A DNA stretch of 46,701 nucleotides from a virus (lineage: Duplodnaviria > Heunggongvirae > Uroviricota > Caudoviricetes): the IMG/VR virus record IMGVR_UViG_3300045988_115807, one strand, 5' to 3'. Of the stretch, positions 29,601 through 36,995 are shown piece after piece; within the stretch, counting starts at the first letter, position 1, and each line of letters opens with the position of its first letter. The position numbers and the translations under genes are program-made. The notes beneath the pieces were generated by a model. That model did no database searches. It was not told where the DNA came from and saw nothing but the letters and a program-made list of their open reading frames with translations.

Positions 29601-30629
29601 GCCGGTATTCCCTTTTCCTTCTGTGGCTGATTTCCGGTCATTATCCAGTGCGCAGGTGATTTTTGCCGCCGGGTACATGTTTACCAGTTGTTCCACAACA
29701 TGAACCATGTTATTAGCGGATACAGCGACAACCACAGCGTCAAAGCGTTTATCTTTTTTCGTGGCAAGCCAGATGGATGCACCAGTAGCAAAACCTTCTG
29801 TAACAGCGATGTTTTGCGCCCCTTTTAGCTCACCGATAACAAAGCAGGCACCGACGAAATCGCCGCTGGTTACGGCGCTGGTCTGGTATTTTCCACCTTG
29901 TTTGTCGATTCGCTGCCAACCCACAATACGACCATCGTAACGACCGTCCAGGTGAGCCAGAGGGATAGCCATATACGTGGTTGGCCCCCTGCTCCATTTT
30001 GCGCTGTCGTGACTGGTCACGCGACGCACATCACACGAATTAAAAACGTCACGAATACCTTTTTTAATCGCATATGGCCATGAGCCGTCTTCTGCAGGAG
30101 CATGTTCCCACGCGCTGTGGAATGCCAGCCATCCCAGCAAACGTTCATGGTCCATTTGGTTGTTTTTCAGGTCATTAATTCGTTTTTGTTCTTCACGGCG
30201 ACGACGTGCTTCGGCCTGACGTTCTATTCTTGCCCGTTCTTCTTCCGGTTGTGCGACCACGGTCGCATTATTCCGTTGTTGCTCACGGCGATATTCAGAA
30301 AACAGGAAGGAGAAACCGCTCCATGAGCCAGCATCGCTGCCTTTATGGACGAAGTTAATGAACGGGTAATCAATCCCTTTGCTGTGTTCCAGCCGGGAGT
30401 AAATTTCTACGCGTCCTTTGAGGCTCTTTTCGAGAGCTTCTGGAGATGTTTTATTGTATGAAGAGTAACGCTCAACACCCCCGCGAGGGTTGAGTTGGAT
30501 GTTGTCGGAACAGGCAGACCAGTTGATACCAGCCATCTGTGCCAGCTCGGTTAGTTCATCCCGTGCTGCTTCAATTAGCGAGAACGGATCGCTGCCAAAG
30601 CGATCCGCATAGAAATCGTTTAATGTCAT
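26634..30629 (-). CDS. repA: replication protein RepA (primase-helicase, N15 RepA-like)
   Basis: 1331-aa ORF; contains Walker-A-like GMGSGKST; size and position next to cB match N15 repA, whose 3' part is reported to contain the replication origin. Confidence 0.9.
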   Translation of the reverse strand: MTLNDFYADRFGSDPFSLIEAARDELTELAQMAGINWSACSDNIQLNPRGGVERYSSYNKTSPEALEKSLKGRVEIYSRLEHSKGIDYPFINFVHKGSDAGSWSGFSFLFSEYRREQQRNNATVVAQPEEERARIERQAEARRRREEQKRINDLKNNQMDHERLLGWLAFHSAWEHAPAEDGSWPYAIKKGIRDVFNSCDVRRVTSHDSAKWSRGPTTYMAIPLAHLDGRYDGRIVGWQRIDKQGGKYQTSAVTSGDFVGACFVIGELKGAQNIAVTEGFATGASIWLATKKDKRFDAVVVAVSANNMVHVVEQLVNMYPAAKITCALDNDRKSATEGKGNTGLRTGYEILSKFNDVRCVYPTFEDDPQMECSDFNDLHKLRGLRETARQLFATANRLKTGTDLLSLTLNRLKTIKRDNRRTFAKELLRAVDIGMLTCPVPNSPSDLFNMFCIVLREMGLENIYRATVKDHIARRLNKKCRIAQAPRSFSERITDPNKRPQHITYKRFETSVMTDDVLKYVQSLQGIVIVRAGMGSGKSTGLLRPLMHSSERGISVAHRVSLIGGLWEMMTEGKGVKTDILHYQDPGYQEMAPYASKLTICINSIVKNCWQPLMRQHDYFGFDEATQGLRAVLSGRAMENPVAVFNTLIDALARTEQHPIMVDADANDLLVDLAELAMKRREELGLPAWLQIHVIELPVDVRNRETGEPIRVFYTEKDRIMTEVVKAVSDGEKIMLATDSSTFAEDVTATLRMHFPGKKFLCVNQKNKPEPEVEAFTNQPKKMVKKYDGLIYSPSISSGVSIEQKHFDRHFGMFCGEVVPSDAVQMLRRDRTAKEFIIGFDKARAKRETDPQKIERAFAQALLATAGMNGELTDVVFDGDRISMGVANTDFTRMKIKAAAIEATARNDYASNMICIMHSDGYKVSPLATDYAANDIGKDLRKEARDIVWEQTLDLHLNTETPQESEREELLKKRALTLEEQAKLVRWDIENELKLPVEEGTLKFYFDGARDKVRRYETMLLDEVTARRYDREEAAINFTYTYRQAGQWQYFVVTAMTREQADDVFKTKFPGIIDHKVKATPTVEVGARGFYALKSATLRQYFIDCGINPETMTGEATQERLKFARDNLMTAERRDLLNNVLHIGGFMTPKGKPKVPEALFKNICDSLGLKTGKRRGRDGDKRPTLRFVEPESAAFMLDILVQRQKDGLTLKTRKAEKTAIEMDRDLDLNIYMDDKTRSTNEQVQNAPHSVISEALAVLPVAVPESWAMSALSSEELATMSSWSSASIAMTFASLYLTEFMDHLSSNELRRLREYITGNSSCSYEEQGAFYG
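30250..30266. repeat. sopC-like centromere palindrome (copy within the repA 5' region, 17/18 match)
   Basis: GTGCGACCACGGTCGCA(T); same dyad as the other four copies. Confidence 0.55.
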
Positions 30630-30682
30630 TTTTTAGCCATTCCATGCGAATTATGTTTTTTCGGGTTGAAAAAATCCGCAGG

Positions 30683-30739
30683 AGCAGCCACAATAAACGC
30701 ATCTTGAATTGACGGAATCCGTCGCGTTACTGTGGCTGC
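30683..30739. promoter_or_regulatory. 13-bp inverted repeat pair in the repA promoter region
   Basis: GCAGCCACAATAA ...30 bp... TTACTGTGGCTGC (one mismatch), enclosing TTGAATTGACGG. Confidence 0.35.
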
Positions 30740-30752
30740 TTCCTGAAAAGGA

Positions 30753-30780
30753 CCCGAGTTTGCCGACTCGGGTTTTTTTT
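30753..30780 (+). terminator. strong hairpin plus T8 between repA and cB
   Basis: CCCGAGTTTGCCGACTCGGG followed by TTTTTTTT on the plus strand; on the minus strand the same hairpin is followed by only TTTT. Confidence 0.55.
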
Positions 30781-30874
30781 CGTCTTTTTTCTGCTGCTGT
30801 AACCTGAGTCAACCCACAGAACATATGCTCTGCATTAAACCAGATTTACAGCAAACAATAAACCCCGTATTAAG

Positions 30875-31471
30875 TCATCTACCCTCAACCATGAATGATT
30901 TGATCGTTCCGACTATTTGGTGAACAAATTCAAGATCGCTTTTCCTGAAGATGGCGCGTTGTGAATTTGTTCCGTCCAGATAGTAATTTTCATCATCAAA
31001 ACGGGCCAGGCGCTGGATGGTGATATTTCCTGCAGTATCACGAACCAGAACATCCTCGCCGGGAACCAGTTCCAGCGCAGAATCGACCAGGAGAAAATCG
31101 CCTGGCTGATAGTTTCCCTGCGCCAGATTGCTGATAGTTAACGCATAAACAGTATTGCGCTGGCTGATGAATGGCAGGAATCGCTCAGTATTTGGAACCT
31201 GTCCTGGCTTCCACTCTTCATCAGGTCCACTTTCAGTTGTGCCAATAACAGGAATGCGATCAGGGTCATATTCTGTCCCATACAGCACCCAATGCACTGG
31301 CTTGCGTAAGCACTTAGCCAGGGCAATACCTATCTCCAGTGACGGCATTACGTCGCCACGTTCTAAGTTTTGGACGCCTGCAATAGAGATATCGACAGCC
31401 TCAGCAACTTCTCGCAACGTCAGCTTCATCTCTAAACGGCGTGCTTTCAGTCGTTCGCCTCGTGTTTTCAT
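30875..31471 (-). CDS. cB: prophage repressor CB (HTH N-terminus, CI/LexA-like C-terminal domain)
   Basis: MKTRGERLKARRLEMKLTLREVAEAVDISIAGVQNLERGDVMPS... HTH_XRE-type N-terminus; divergent from cro; position as N15 cB. Confidence 0.85.
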   Translation of the reverse strand: MKTRGERLKARRLEMKLTLREVAEAVDISIAGVQNLERGDVMPSLEIGIALAKCLRKPVHWVLYGTEYDPDRIPVIGTTESGPDEEWKPGQVPNTERFLPFISQRNTVYALTISNLAQGNYQPGDFLLVDSALELVPGEDVLVRDTAGNITIQRLARFDDENYYLDGTNSQRAIFRKSDLEFVHQIVGTIKSFMVEGR

Positions 31472-31493
31472 AGCTTAATCATAAATGATCTTC

Positions 31494-31535
31494 TTATAGC
31501 TGGCTATAAAATTTATTTATTATAGCTGGCTTTAA
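31494..31535. promoter_or_regulatory. candidate CB operators in the cB-cro divergent promoter region
   Basis: TTATAGCTGGCTATAA (31494-31509) and TTATAGCTGGCTTTAA (31520-31535), 26 bp apart; a TATAAT at 31551-31556 lies 6 nt before the second cro ATG. Confidence 0.5.
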
Positions 31536-31784
31536 ATGAGATTTATTGCTTATAATAACCGCATGAAACCAGAAGAACTTATTCGCCACTTTGGCAGTGT
31601 AGAAAAAGCAGCGGCTGGGGTAGGTGTAACACCCGGTGCTGTTTACCAATGGTTAACCGCTGGAGAGATTCCTTCATTGCGGCAAAGTGATATTGAAGTT
31701 CGTACTGCTTACAAGCTGAAGAGTGACTTTACAACTCGGCGGGTAAAGCAGTCGATTAAGGAGAGCCGTAAGCGTGGAGCTTGA
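31536..31784 (+). CDS. cro: Cro-like HTH regulator
   Basis: Small HTH protein (…GSVEKAAAGVGVTPGAVYQWL…) divergent from cB; true start may be the ATG at 31563 (MKPEEL). Confidence 0.7.
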   Translation: MRFIAYNNRMKPEELIRHFGSVEKAAAGVGVTPGAVYQWLTAGEIPSLRQSDIEVRTAYKLKSDFTTRRVKQSIKESRKRGA

Positions 31785-32484
31785 GTATATACGCAGCTGC
31801 GTATCCACGGCATTGGCTGATATTCATTATCGCCAGCGTGGCATCCTAGAGGTCCAGCTTGAGCAGATGCGTCTAGGCAGATCAGGACGCTTTAACAATA
31901 AACCAGTCCGGTCAATCAGTGTAGGTGATGATAACTCATACGAAGTGTCCGTTCCTGCTGAGCCGGTTAGATTCCACCAGGGGAAAACATTTAAACAATC
32001 ATCAATGTTGCTCACTGATATTGATTTTCAGAGCGCCAGCTGGCGCAGGGCTATTGGTCAGTTGAATAACGAGGAATCAGCCTGGCTTTATTATTGCTAC
32101 GGATGCAAGCCTGATTACAACAATGATGTGATTGTTTGTCAGTGGTTATGGCTTGATTTTCTGGTTGCTCATTCGGGGGGCGGCTTTAAAAAAATGAAGG
32201 CCTCCACGAAAAAAGCCATGCGGAAATTGATTTATTACGCGGCACAGCAGGTTAAATCAGAACTTACGTGTGCTGAGGCAGTTGATGAGAGAGAACAGGA
32301 CAGGCATCTGAGTTTTCTACTGAATATATCTATTGATAGCTGGAGACAAGATTATAAAGAACGCTGGCTTTTAATTAAGTCGCGATGTCTGAGCTTAAAT
32401 CGAACTGCATTATTAAATGCGGCGGAGAAGCGCAGTGAAATCATCAAACGCCATCGGGCAGGAAGTGCCATTCTGCCTTTGTAA
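31774..32484 (+). CDS. putative late-gene antiterminator (Q-like)
   Basis: 236-aa ORF immediately after cro, as in N15 (cB-cro-Q); Cys-containing YYCYGCKPD segment; assignment is by position, not strong sequence recall. Confidence 0.4.
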   Translation: MELEYIRSCVSTALADIHYRQRGILEVQLEQMRLGRSGRFNNKPVRSISVGDDNSYEVSVPAEPVRFHQGKTFKQSSMLLTDIDFQSASWRRAIGQLNNEESAWLYYCYGCKPDYNNDVIVCQWLWLDFLVAHSGGGFKKMKASTKKAMRKLIYYAAQQVKSELTCAEAVDEREQDRHLSFLLNISIDSWRQDYKERWLLIKSRCLSLNRTALLNAAEKRSEIIKRHRAGSAILPL

Positions 32485-32494
32485 ACAAGTTATG

Positions 32495-32737
32495 TTCAGG
32501 AAACCGTCGAAGCCAGAATTAAGGTATTCGGGGGTAAGAAATGAATATGTTATCTGGTGTCCAACTTGTGGTTACAGGACACGACCAGATAGTAATAAGC
32601 AGTCTGTAATTGCCGATTGGTATTTATCAAATCAGCCAGGTAATAAGCATATAGAAAATCTTTGGATTAAGCGTTACTTGGAAATCAGAGAGGGTGCGAC
32701 CGTGGTCGCACAAGAAAATGAAAATAACGCCATTTAA
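32495..32737 (+). CDS. small hypothetical protein with zinc-ribbon-like motif
   Basis: MFRKPSKPELRYSGVRNEYVIWCPTCGYRTRPDS...; internal start of ORF 32417-32737; no clear RBS. Confidence 0.3.
   Translation, partial: FRKPSKPELRYSGVRNEYVIWCPTCGYRTRPDSNKQSVIADWYLSNQPGNKHIENLWIKRYLEIREGATVVAQENENNAI
32694..32711. repeat. sopC-like centromere palindrome
   Basis: GTGCGACCGTGGTCGCAC: 8-bp inverted arms with a 2-bp spacer. Confidence 0.65.
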
Positions 32738-32921
32738 GCAGGGGCCGATGACGCATGATGAAGCAGAGCGTCTTTCAGATACTTATCGGCGGCGTGGTAA
32801 GAAAGTTCTGGTTGTTCGTTCTGATTTTTTAGGTGATGGATATTGCGTTTATGTTCATTTACCTGAATCAGAAAGAACGCCAAAACCATCCAGAACATAT
32901 CAACAGAAAATTTGGGTATAG
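32718..32921 (+). CDS. small hypothetical protein (68 aa)
   Basis: MKITPFKQGPMTHDEAERLSDTYRRRGKKVLVVRSDFLGDGYCVYVHLPE...; weak translation signals. Confidence 0.3.
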   Translation: MKITPFKQGPMTHDEAERLSDTYRRRGKKVLVVRSDFLGDGYCVYVHLPESERTPKPSRTYQQKIWV

Positions 32922-32944
32922 ATAAACGTTGAGGAGAATTATTC

Positions 32945-33544
32945 GTGACTAATCAGATTATTTACGACAGGAAACGGTCTGATGTAATGATTGACCTTGA
33001 AACAATGGGTACTAACACATGTGCTCCAATTGTTTCTATCGGGGCAGTGTTTTTTTCTCCAGAAAGTGAGGAATTAGGTCCTACTTTTTATGTACCAGTG
33101 AATCTCAGAAGCTCGATGTTGAATGGTGGTGTCGCCGATGGTGATACCATTTTATGGTGGTTGAAACAGAGCAAGGAAGCCAGAGCCGCAATTTGTACTA
33201 ATGATGCCCTTGATATTAAGGATGCACTTTTTGAATTATCACACTTTATTACTTGCCATGCATGTAATTTAAAAAAATTGAAAGTATGGGGAAATGGAGC
33301 AACGTTCGATAATGTAATTTTACGCGGTGCTTATGAGCGCGTTGGCTTAGCCTGTCCGTGGGAATATTTTAATGATCAGGATGTTCGAACAATCGTTAAC
33401 CTTGGTCAGTTTATTGGTTTTAATCCTAAAAAAGATATGCCATTTGATGGCGAACGACACAATGCCCTGGCTGATGCTATTCATCAGGCTAAATATGTAT
33501 CAGCAATTTTCTCCCGTCTTGTAAAAGGGCAAGGAGAATCGTAA
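32945..33544 (+). CDS. 3'-5' exonuclease, DEDDh (DnaQ/RNase T-like) family
   Basis: GTG start with GAGGAG RBS; motifs MIDLETMG (Exo I), WGNGATFD (Exo II), HNALADA (Exo III). Confidence 0.8.
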   Translation: MTNQIIYDRKRSDVMIDLETMGTNTCAPIVSIGAVFFSPESEELGPTFYVPVNLRSSMLNGGVADGDTILWWLKQSKEARAAICTNDALDIKDALFELSHFITCHACNLKKLKVWGNGATFDNVILRGAYERVGLACPWEYFNDQDVRTIVNLGQFIGFNPKKDMPFDGERHNALADAIHQAKYVSAIFSRLVKGQGES

Positions 33545-33963
33545 TGGCAAAGGCTTTTACACCAGAACAGAGGGAAGAACTGAATAAACAAATTGTGGAA
33601 CTCGTGCGCCTGAATGGACGAGGAACGGTTAGGCAACTTGCGGATGAAACTGGTATTAGCCGGTGTGCTGTTAGTCGTTTATCAAGAGAGCTTGCTGCCA
33701 GTGGTGATTTGTATATCTCTGGCTCCGGGATATTTCTGTCTGCACAAGCACGCAAGGACTGGCAAAACGCCCGTAAAAAACTATCAAGAGTAAAGCCGAA
33801 GACATCGGTAGTGGTTGATCCAGACCTTATCTGGTCATTACCTGACGGAGAAATACGTCGTTACGACAGGCGCTTGAACATGATTTGTCACGATTGCCGG
33901 AAAAGTGAAGTTATGCAGCGTGTGCTGGCTTTTTATCAGGGAAATTTTCAGGAGGTGGCGTAG
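33544..33963 (+). CDS. hypothetical DNA-binding protein (winged-helix-like)
   Basis: ATG overlaps the upstream stop; ...RGTVRQLADETGISRCAVSRLSRELAASGDLY... HTH-like segment. Confidence 0.55.
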   Translation: MAKAFTPEQREELNKQIVELVRLNGRGTVRQLADETGISRCAVSRLSRELAASGDLYISGSGIFLSAQARKDWQNARKKLSRVKPKTSVVVDPDLIWSLPDGEIRRYDRRLNMICHDCRKSEVMQRVLAFYQGNFQEVA

Positions 33964-34253
33964 TGAATATCGACACCACGATAACGATCGATACGGCCAT
34001 AAATATCGGTCTGGCACTTCTCGGTTGGTTTTACATCATGTTCAGTGCGGGGAAGTGGGCGGCCTCTGTTTTTCTAAAGCAGTGGGGAAAGCACCGCAAA
34101 CAGGAAAGACGCCAGAAAGTGTTAGAGGCGTTCTATGACGCATTTGAACTTAGCCGCATTGAGCCAGGCACAACAGCCAAGATAGCGACAAAAGGCGACC
34201 TGATGATAGTGATGTTCCGACAGGAGAGAGCAGAGAAAGGGGAATCAGCATGA
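33963..34253 (+). CDS. small membrane protein
   Basis: GTG start; hydrophobic N-terminus INIGLALLGWFYIMF. Confidence 0.45.
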   Translation: MNIDTTITIDTAINIGLALLGWFYIMFSAGKWAASVFLKQWGKHRKQERRQKVLEAFYDAFELSRIEPGTTAKIATKGDLMIVMFRQERAEKGESA

Positions 34254-34828
34254 AATTTTCCAAATTTTCTGAGTTGGTGAATCGTATTTTGTCCAACAAC
34301 CACAGCCATCGTCGCGATATGGATGTAACAATCGTTATTCATTCGCCTGGCAGCATTGGTTCAACACCTTCAGTTGAGGTTCAGTCAATTCACGCTGGTT
34401 TTGATTGGGATTCCGGGAAAGTGCTTATTTTCCCATCACAGCCACTGACCACGCTAACACCAGAACAGATTACTGATATCACTGATAGTGTGCGCAAAGG
34501 TCAGTCCTGGCACGCATATCAGGAATACAAAAAGCATAAAGAGCAGTTGGAAAAATTGTCTATTGAGCTGGAAGCTGCAAGAAAGCGAATTTCAGAACAG
34601 GGAAATAAAGTAATACCAGTGTCAGCTGAATTGCCACCTGCAAATGAAAGTGTTCTGTTATTTGATGCTAACGGAGAAGGCTGGCTGATTGGCTGGCGTT
34701 CTCTCTGGTACACCTGGGGACAAAAGGAAACCGGAGAATGGCAGTGGACATTTCAGGTCGGGGATCTTGAAAACGTCAATATCACTCATTGGGCAGTAAT
34801 GCCGAAAGCACCGGAGGCTGGAGCATAA
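34250..34828 (+). CDS. hypothetical protein with DUF551-like Trp-rich C-terminus
   Basis: C-terminal ...GEGWLIGWRSLWYTWGQKETGEWQWTFQVGDLENVNITHWAVMPKAPE resembles the DUF551 hallmark ending. Confidence 0.6.
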   Translation: MKFSKFSELVNRILSNNHSHRRDMDVTIVIHSPGSIGSTPSVEVQSIHAGFDWDSGKVLIFPSQPLTTLTPEQITDITDSVRKGQSWHAYQEYKKHKEQLEKLSIELEAARKRISEQGNKVIPVSAELPPANESVLLFDANGEGWLIGWRSLWYTWGQKETGEWQWTFQVGDLENVNITHWAVMPKAPEAGA

Positions 34829-35385
34829 TGATCACGTTTACCGACAAAGAACTGATTAAAGAAATCAAAGAGCGAATCGGTAGCCTGGACGTTCGAGACA
34901 ATATTGAGCGCCGTGCTTATGAAATTGCACTGGCATCGCTGGAAGCAGATCCAGTTGCTTATATTTTCAAACATCCGGCTGGAAAATTATTCTGGGCTTT
35001 AACGGATGAAAGCAATAAAGAGCAATCGGACGTTATTCCTGTTTATGCCGCCCCTCCAGTGCCAGTAGTACCTGAAGAAAAACCAATGCCTAACCCTCTT
35101 AAAATGTACGCGGTTGATGCTGTTGCCGCTATTGCAGAGGTGAGAGGCTGGAACGCCTGTCGTGCCGCTATGCTTCAGAGTCAAGGTAATTGCATTAAGG
35201 ATGGTTGGATAAGCTGTAGTGAGCAAATGCCAGATGATGGTCGTATTCAGTTTTCTGTTTCACTTCCAGCAGCATGTGGTGGAGATAAATATTTTATTGA
35301 TGGTGTATTTCAACCTTTGAGATATGAGCGTGACTGTGAAAAAGCGGTTGTGGCCGCTGGCGGTGTAGTTAATTGGGTTAAGTAA
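34828..35385 (+). CDS. hypothetical protein (185 aa)
   Basis: ATG overlapping the previous stop (TAATG); start of ORF 34789-35385 moved to the first ATG. Confidence 0.55.
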   Translation: MITFTDKELIKEIKERIGSLDVRDNIERRAYEIALASLEADPVAYIFKHPAGKLFWALTDESNKEQSDVIPVYAAPPVPVVPEEKPMPNPLKMYAVDAVAAIAEVRGWNACRAAMLQSQGNCIKDGWISCSEQMPDDGRIQFSVSLPAACGGDKYFIDGVFQPLRYERDCEKAVVAAGGVVNWVK

Positions 35386-35400
35386 TTTTTAGGAGGATTT

Positions 35401-35727
35401 ATGGCGCTGACACCGGCAGAACGGCAAAGAAGACGCAGGGAACGGTTGAAGAAGGAAGGAACATCAAGACGTGACTGGATTCTGGAACCTGACGAGTTAC
35501 GTATGTTGGGGGAAATTTGTGTATTGCGTAGACCAGGGCGAGTTCCATATTCAGAGAACGAAGTCATCGGACTGCTGATCAGGAAAAACTATAAGGAGTT
35601 GCAGAAACAGCTATCTACTACTTGTCCGCGATGTGGTCAAAAAATGCCTGTTTCAGAATGCATTTTTGATGGTGAAGGCTCATGCCACCTTACAACCACG
35701 AGGCTGAAACTTGCGCTCAAAGTGTGA
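35401..35727 (+). CDS. hypothetical protein with basic N-terminus and CxxC motif
   Basis: GGAGGA RBS; MALTPAERQRRRRERLKKEG...CPRCGQ... Confidence 0.55.
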   Translation: MALTPAERQRRRRERLKKEGTSRRDWILEPDELRMLGEICVLRRPGRVPYSENEVIGLLIRKNYKELQKQLSTTCPRCGQKMPVSECIFDGEGSCHLTTTRLKLALKV

Positions 35728-35745
35728 CTGGTCACGGAGGGATAA

Positions 35746-35901
35746 ATGGACAAAAAGGCATTGCTTTTTGAAATGATACGAAAACGGAGCGAAAAGAGCT
35801 TTTCTGATGGTGGTGATGGGCTTTTGAAAGTGGTTGGGCGAGGCGTAGGAAGGGAACATAAGTATCAGACTACAAAGATATTTAACCAGTTAATCCATTG
35901 A
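35746..35901 (+). CDS. small ORF (51 aa)
   Basis: GGAGGG RBS 6 nt upstream; MDKKALLFEMIRKRSEKSFSDGGDG...; below ORF-track cutoff. Confidence 0.3.
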   Translation: MDKKALLFEMIRKRSEKSFSDGGDGLLKVVGRGVGREHKYQTTKIFNQLIH

Positions 35902-35927
35902 AAGTTGGCTATAAAATTTGAGTTTTA

Positions 35928-35947
35928 CCCTGTAATTTTATACAGTA
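35928..35947. promoter_or_regulatory. LexA (SOS) box
   Basis: CCCTGTAATTTTATACAGTA fits the CTGT-N8-ACAG consensus (taCTGTatatatatACAGta), with an AT-rich spacer and flanking TA. Confidence 0.65.
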
Positions 35948-35969
35948 TCAAATAACCTTTTTTAATTAA

Positions 35970-36188
35970 ATGGTATTAGATTCAATGACTGAAGCACCTG
36001 TATCAACTCTTGAAGAACTCGGATCAAACCTAAAAGACATCGACGCCGTTTTGGATCTGGTTAGCGTTGCTCTGGCTTCTCCAGAAGCCAGCTTGCATCT
36101 TGGCGAGATTTCACGACTTGTTAGTATGTCGCGGGAGATTGCTCAGAATTGCCAACAAGTTATTGCTGTTGAGTGTTTGCATCATTGA
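35970..36188 (+). CDS. small protein downstream of the LexA box; candidate SOS-inducible antirepressor (AntC-like by position)
   Basis: 72-aa acidic ORF; the promoter region upstream carries the LexA box and a TTGGCTATAAAATTT half-site also present in the cB-cro operator. Confidence 0.45.
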   Translation: MVLDSMTEAPVSTLEELGSNLKDIDAVLDLVSVALASPEASLHLGEISRLVSMSREIAQNCQQVIAVECLHH

Positions 36189-36231
36189 TACACACCCCGC
36201 CCTTCTGGACGGGGTAGCGAAAAGGGTCTAA

Positions 36232-36519
36232 TCAATAGACGGCATTAATATTAATCGTTGCACCGCATGCTTGGGCATATTTTGATAAAGTTTTCATGCT
36301 TGCCCCTAAAGGATTGCTTTCCAGGCGGCTGATAGCTGACGGGCGCAATCCCATTCGTTCAGCCAGAGCTGACTTCGTTAAACCTGCTCTTTCCCTCATT
36401 TCGTATAACATTTCGACCATCTCCAGCTCTTTATCGGCCTCTTCATATCCTTTGATGGCTTCTGGAGTGTTGAGAAGTTTTTCTTTTACTTCGTTAAACG
36501 GGATGCCTTTCGCTTTCAT
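36232..36519 (-). CDS. HTH (XRE-family) antitoxin, HigA-like
   Basis: ...RERAGLTKSALAERMGLRPSAISRLESN... HTH; start overlaps the toxin stop by 1 nt (TGATG). Confidence 0.7.
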   Translation of the reverse strand: MKAKGIPFNEVKEKLLNTPEAIKGYEEADKELEMVEMLYEMRERAGLTKSALAERMGLRPSAISRLESNPLGASMKTLSKYAQACGATININAVY

Positions 36520-36830
36520 CAGTTCATCTCCTTCAGGCGAGTTCTGGCGATTTCGATAGCCTTCACCGGTGTTTTCTGTGTCTTTTTTACAAATGCATGC
36601 AATAGATAAATTTCGTTACCAGTCGCGTAGGCGTACAGCGTTCTTGCGATGTTTTTATCCCCTACTCGTAGTTCAAAAAGCCCTCCACCTATTACACGGC
36701 TATGGGGCATCTTCAGTTTGTTGCCTTCCTTCTCCAGTCGCTCAATTAATCTGGTCATGCGACCTCGCAAATCATCTGGTAGTTCAAGCAGTTCATCCAG
36801 TGCTGCAGGGTGGGTTATCACGTTAAACAT
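36519..36830 (-). CDS. RelE/ParE-superfamily toxin, HigB/Gp49-like
   Basis: 103 aa; toxin-first operon order with a downstream HTH antitoxin, typical of HigBA / Gp49-like modules. Confidence 0.7.
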   Translation of the reverse strand: MFNVITHPAALDELLELPDDLRGRMTRLIERLEKEGNKLKMPHSRVIGGGLFELRVGDKNIARTLYAYATGNEIYLLHAFVKKTQKTPVKAIEIARTRLKEMN

Positions 36831-36888
36831 ATTATAGCCTCCATAGCCATAAAATACACCAAAACAAGAAAAAAGCGCAAATTAAAAA

Positions 36889-36906
36889 TTTCACTAAAAA
36901 GTGAAA
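36889..36906. promoter_or_regulatory. inverted repeat in the toxin-antitoxin promoter region (candidate operator)
   Basis: TTTCAC-TAAAAA-GTGAAA, about 60 bp upstream of the toxin start. Confidence 0.35.
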
Positions 36907-36995
36907 AATAACACTGGATGTGTTCGTTTGGCAGAGTTACAGTTCGTGTCATTGAGGGGCAATAACCCACTAACTATATGAATTTGGAGGATATT

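Noticed and set aside
27575-30326. Numerous 60-85 aa plus-strand ORFs opposite repA
   Set aside because: All are antisense to the 1331-aa repA ORF, are short and lack translation signals.
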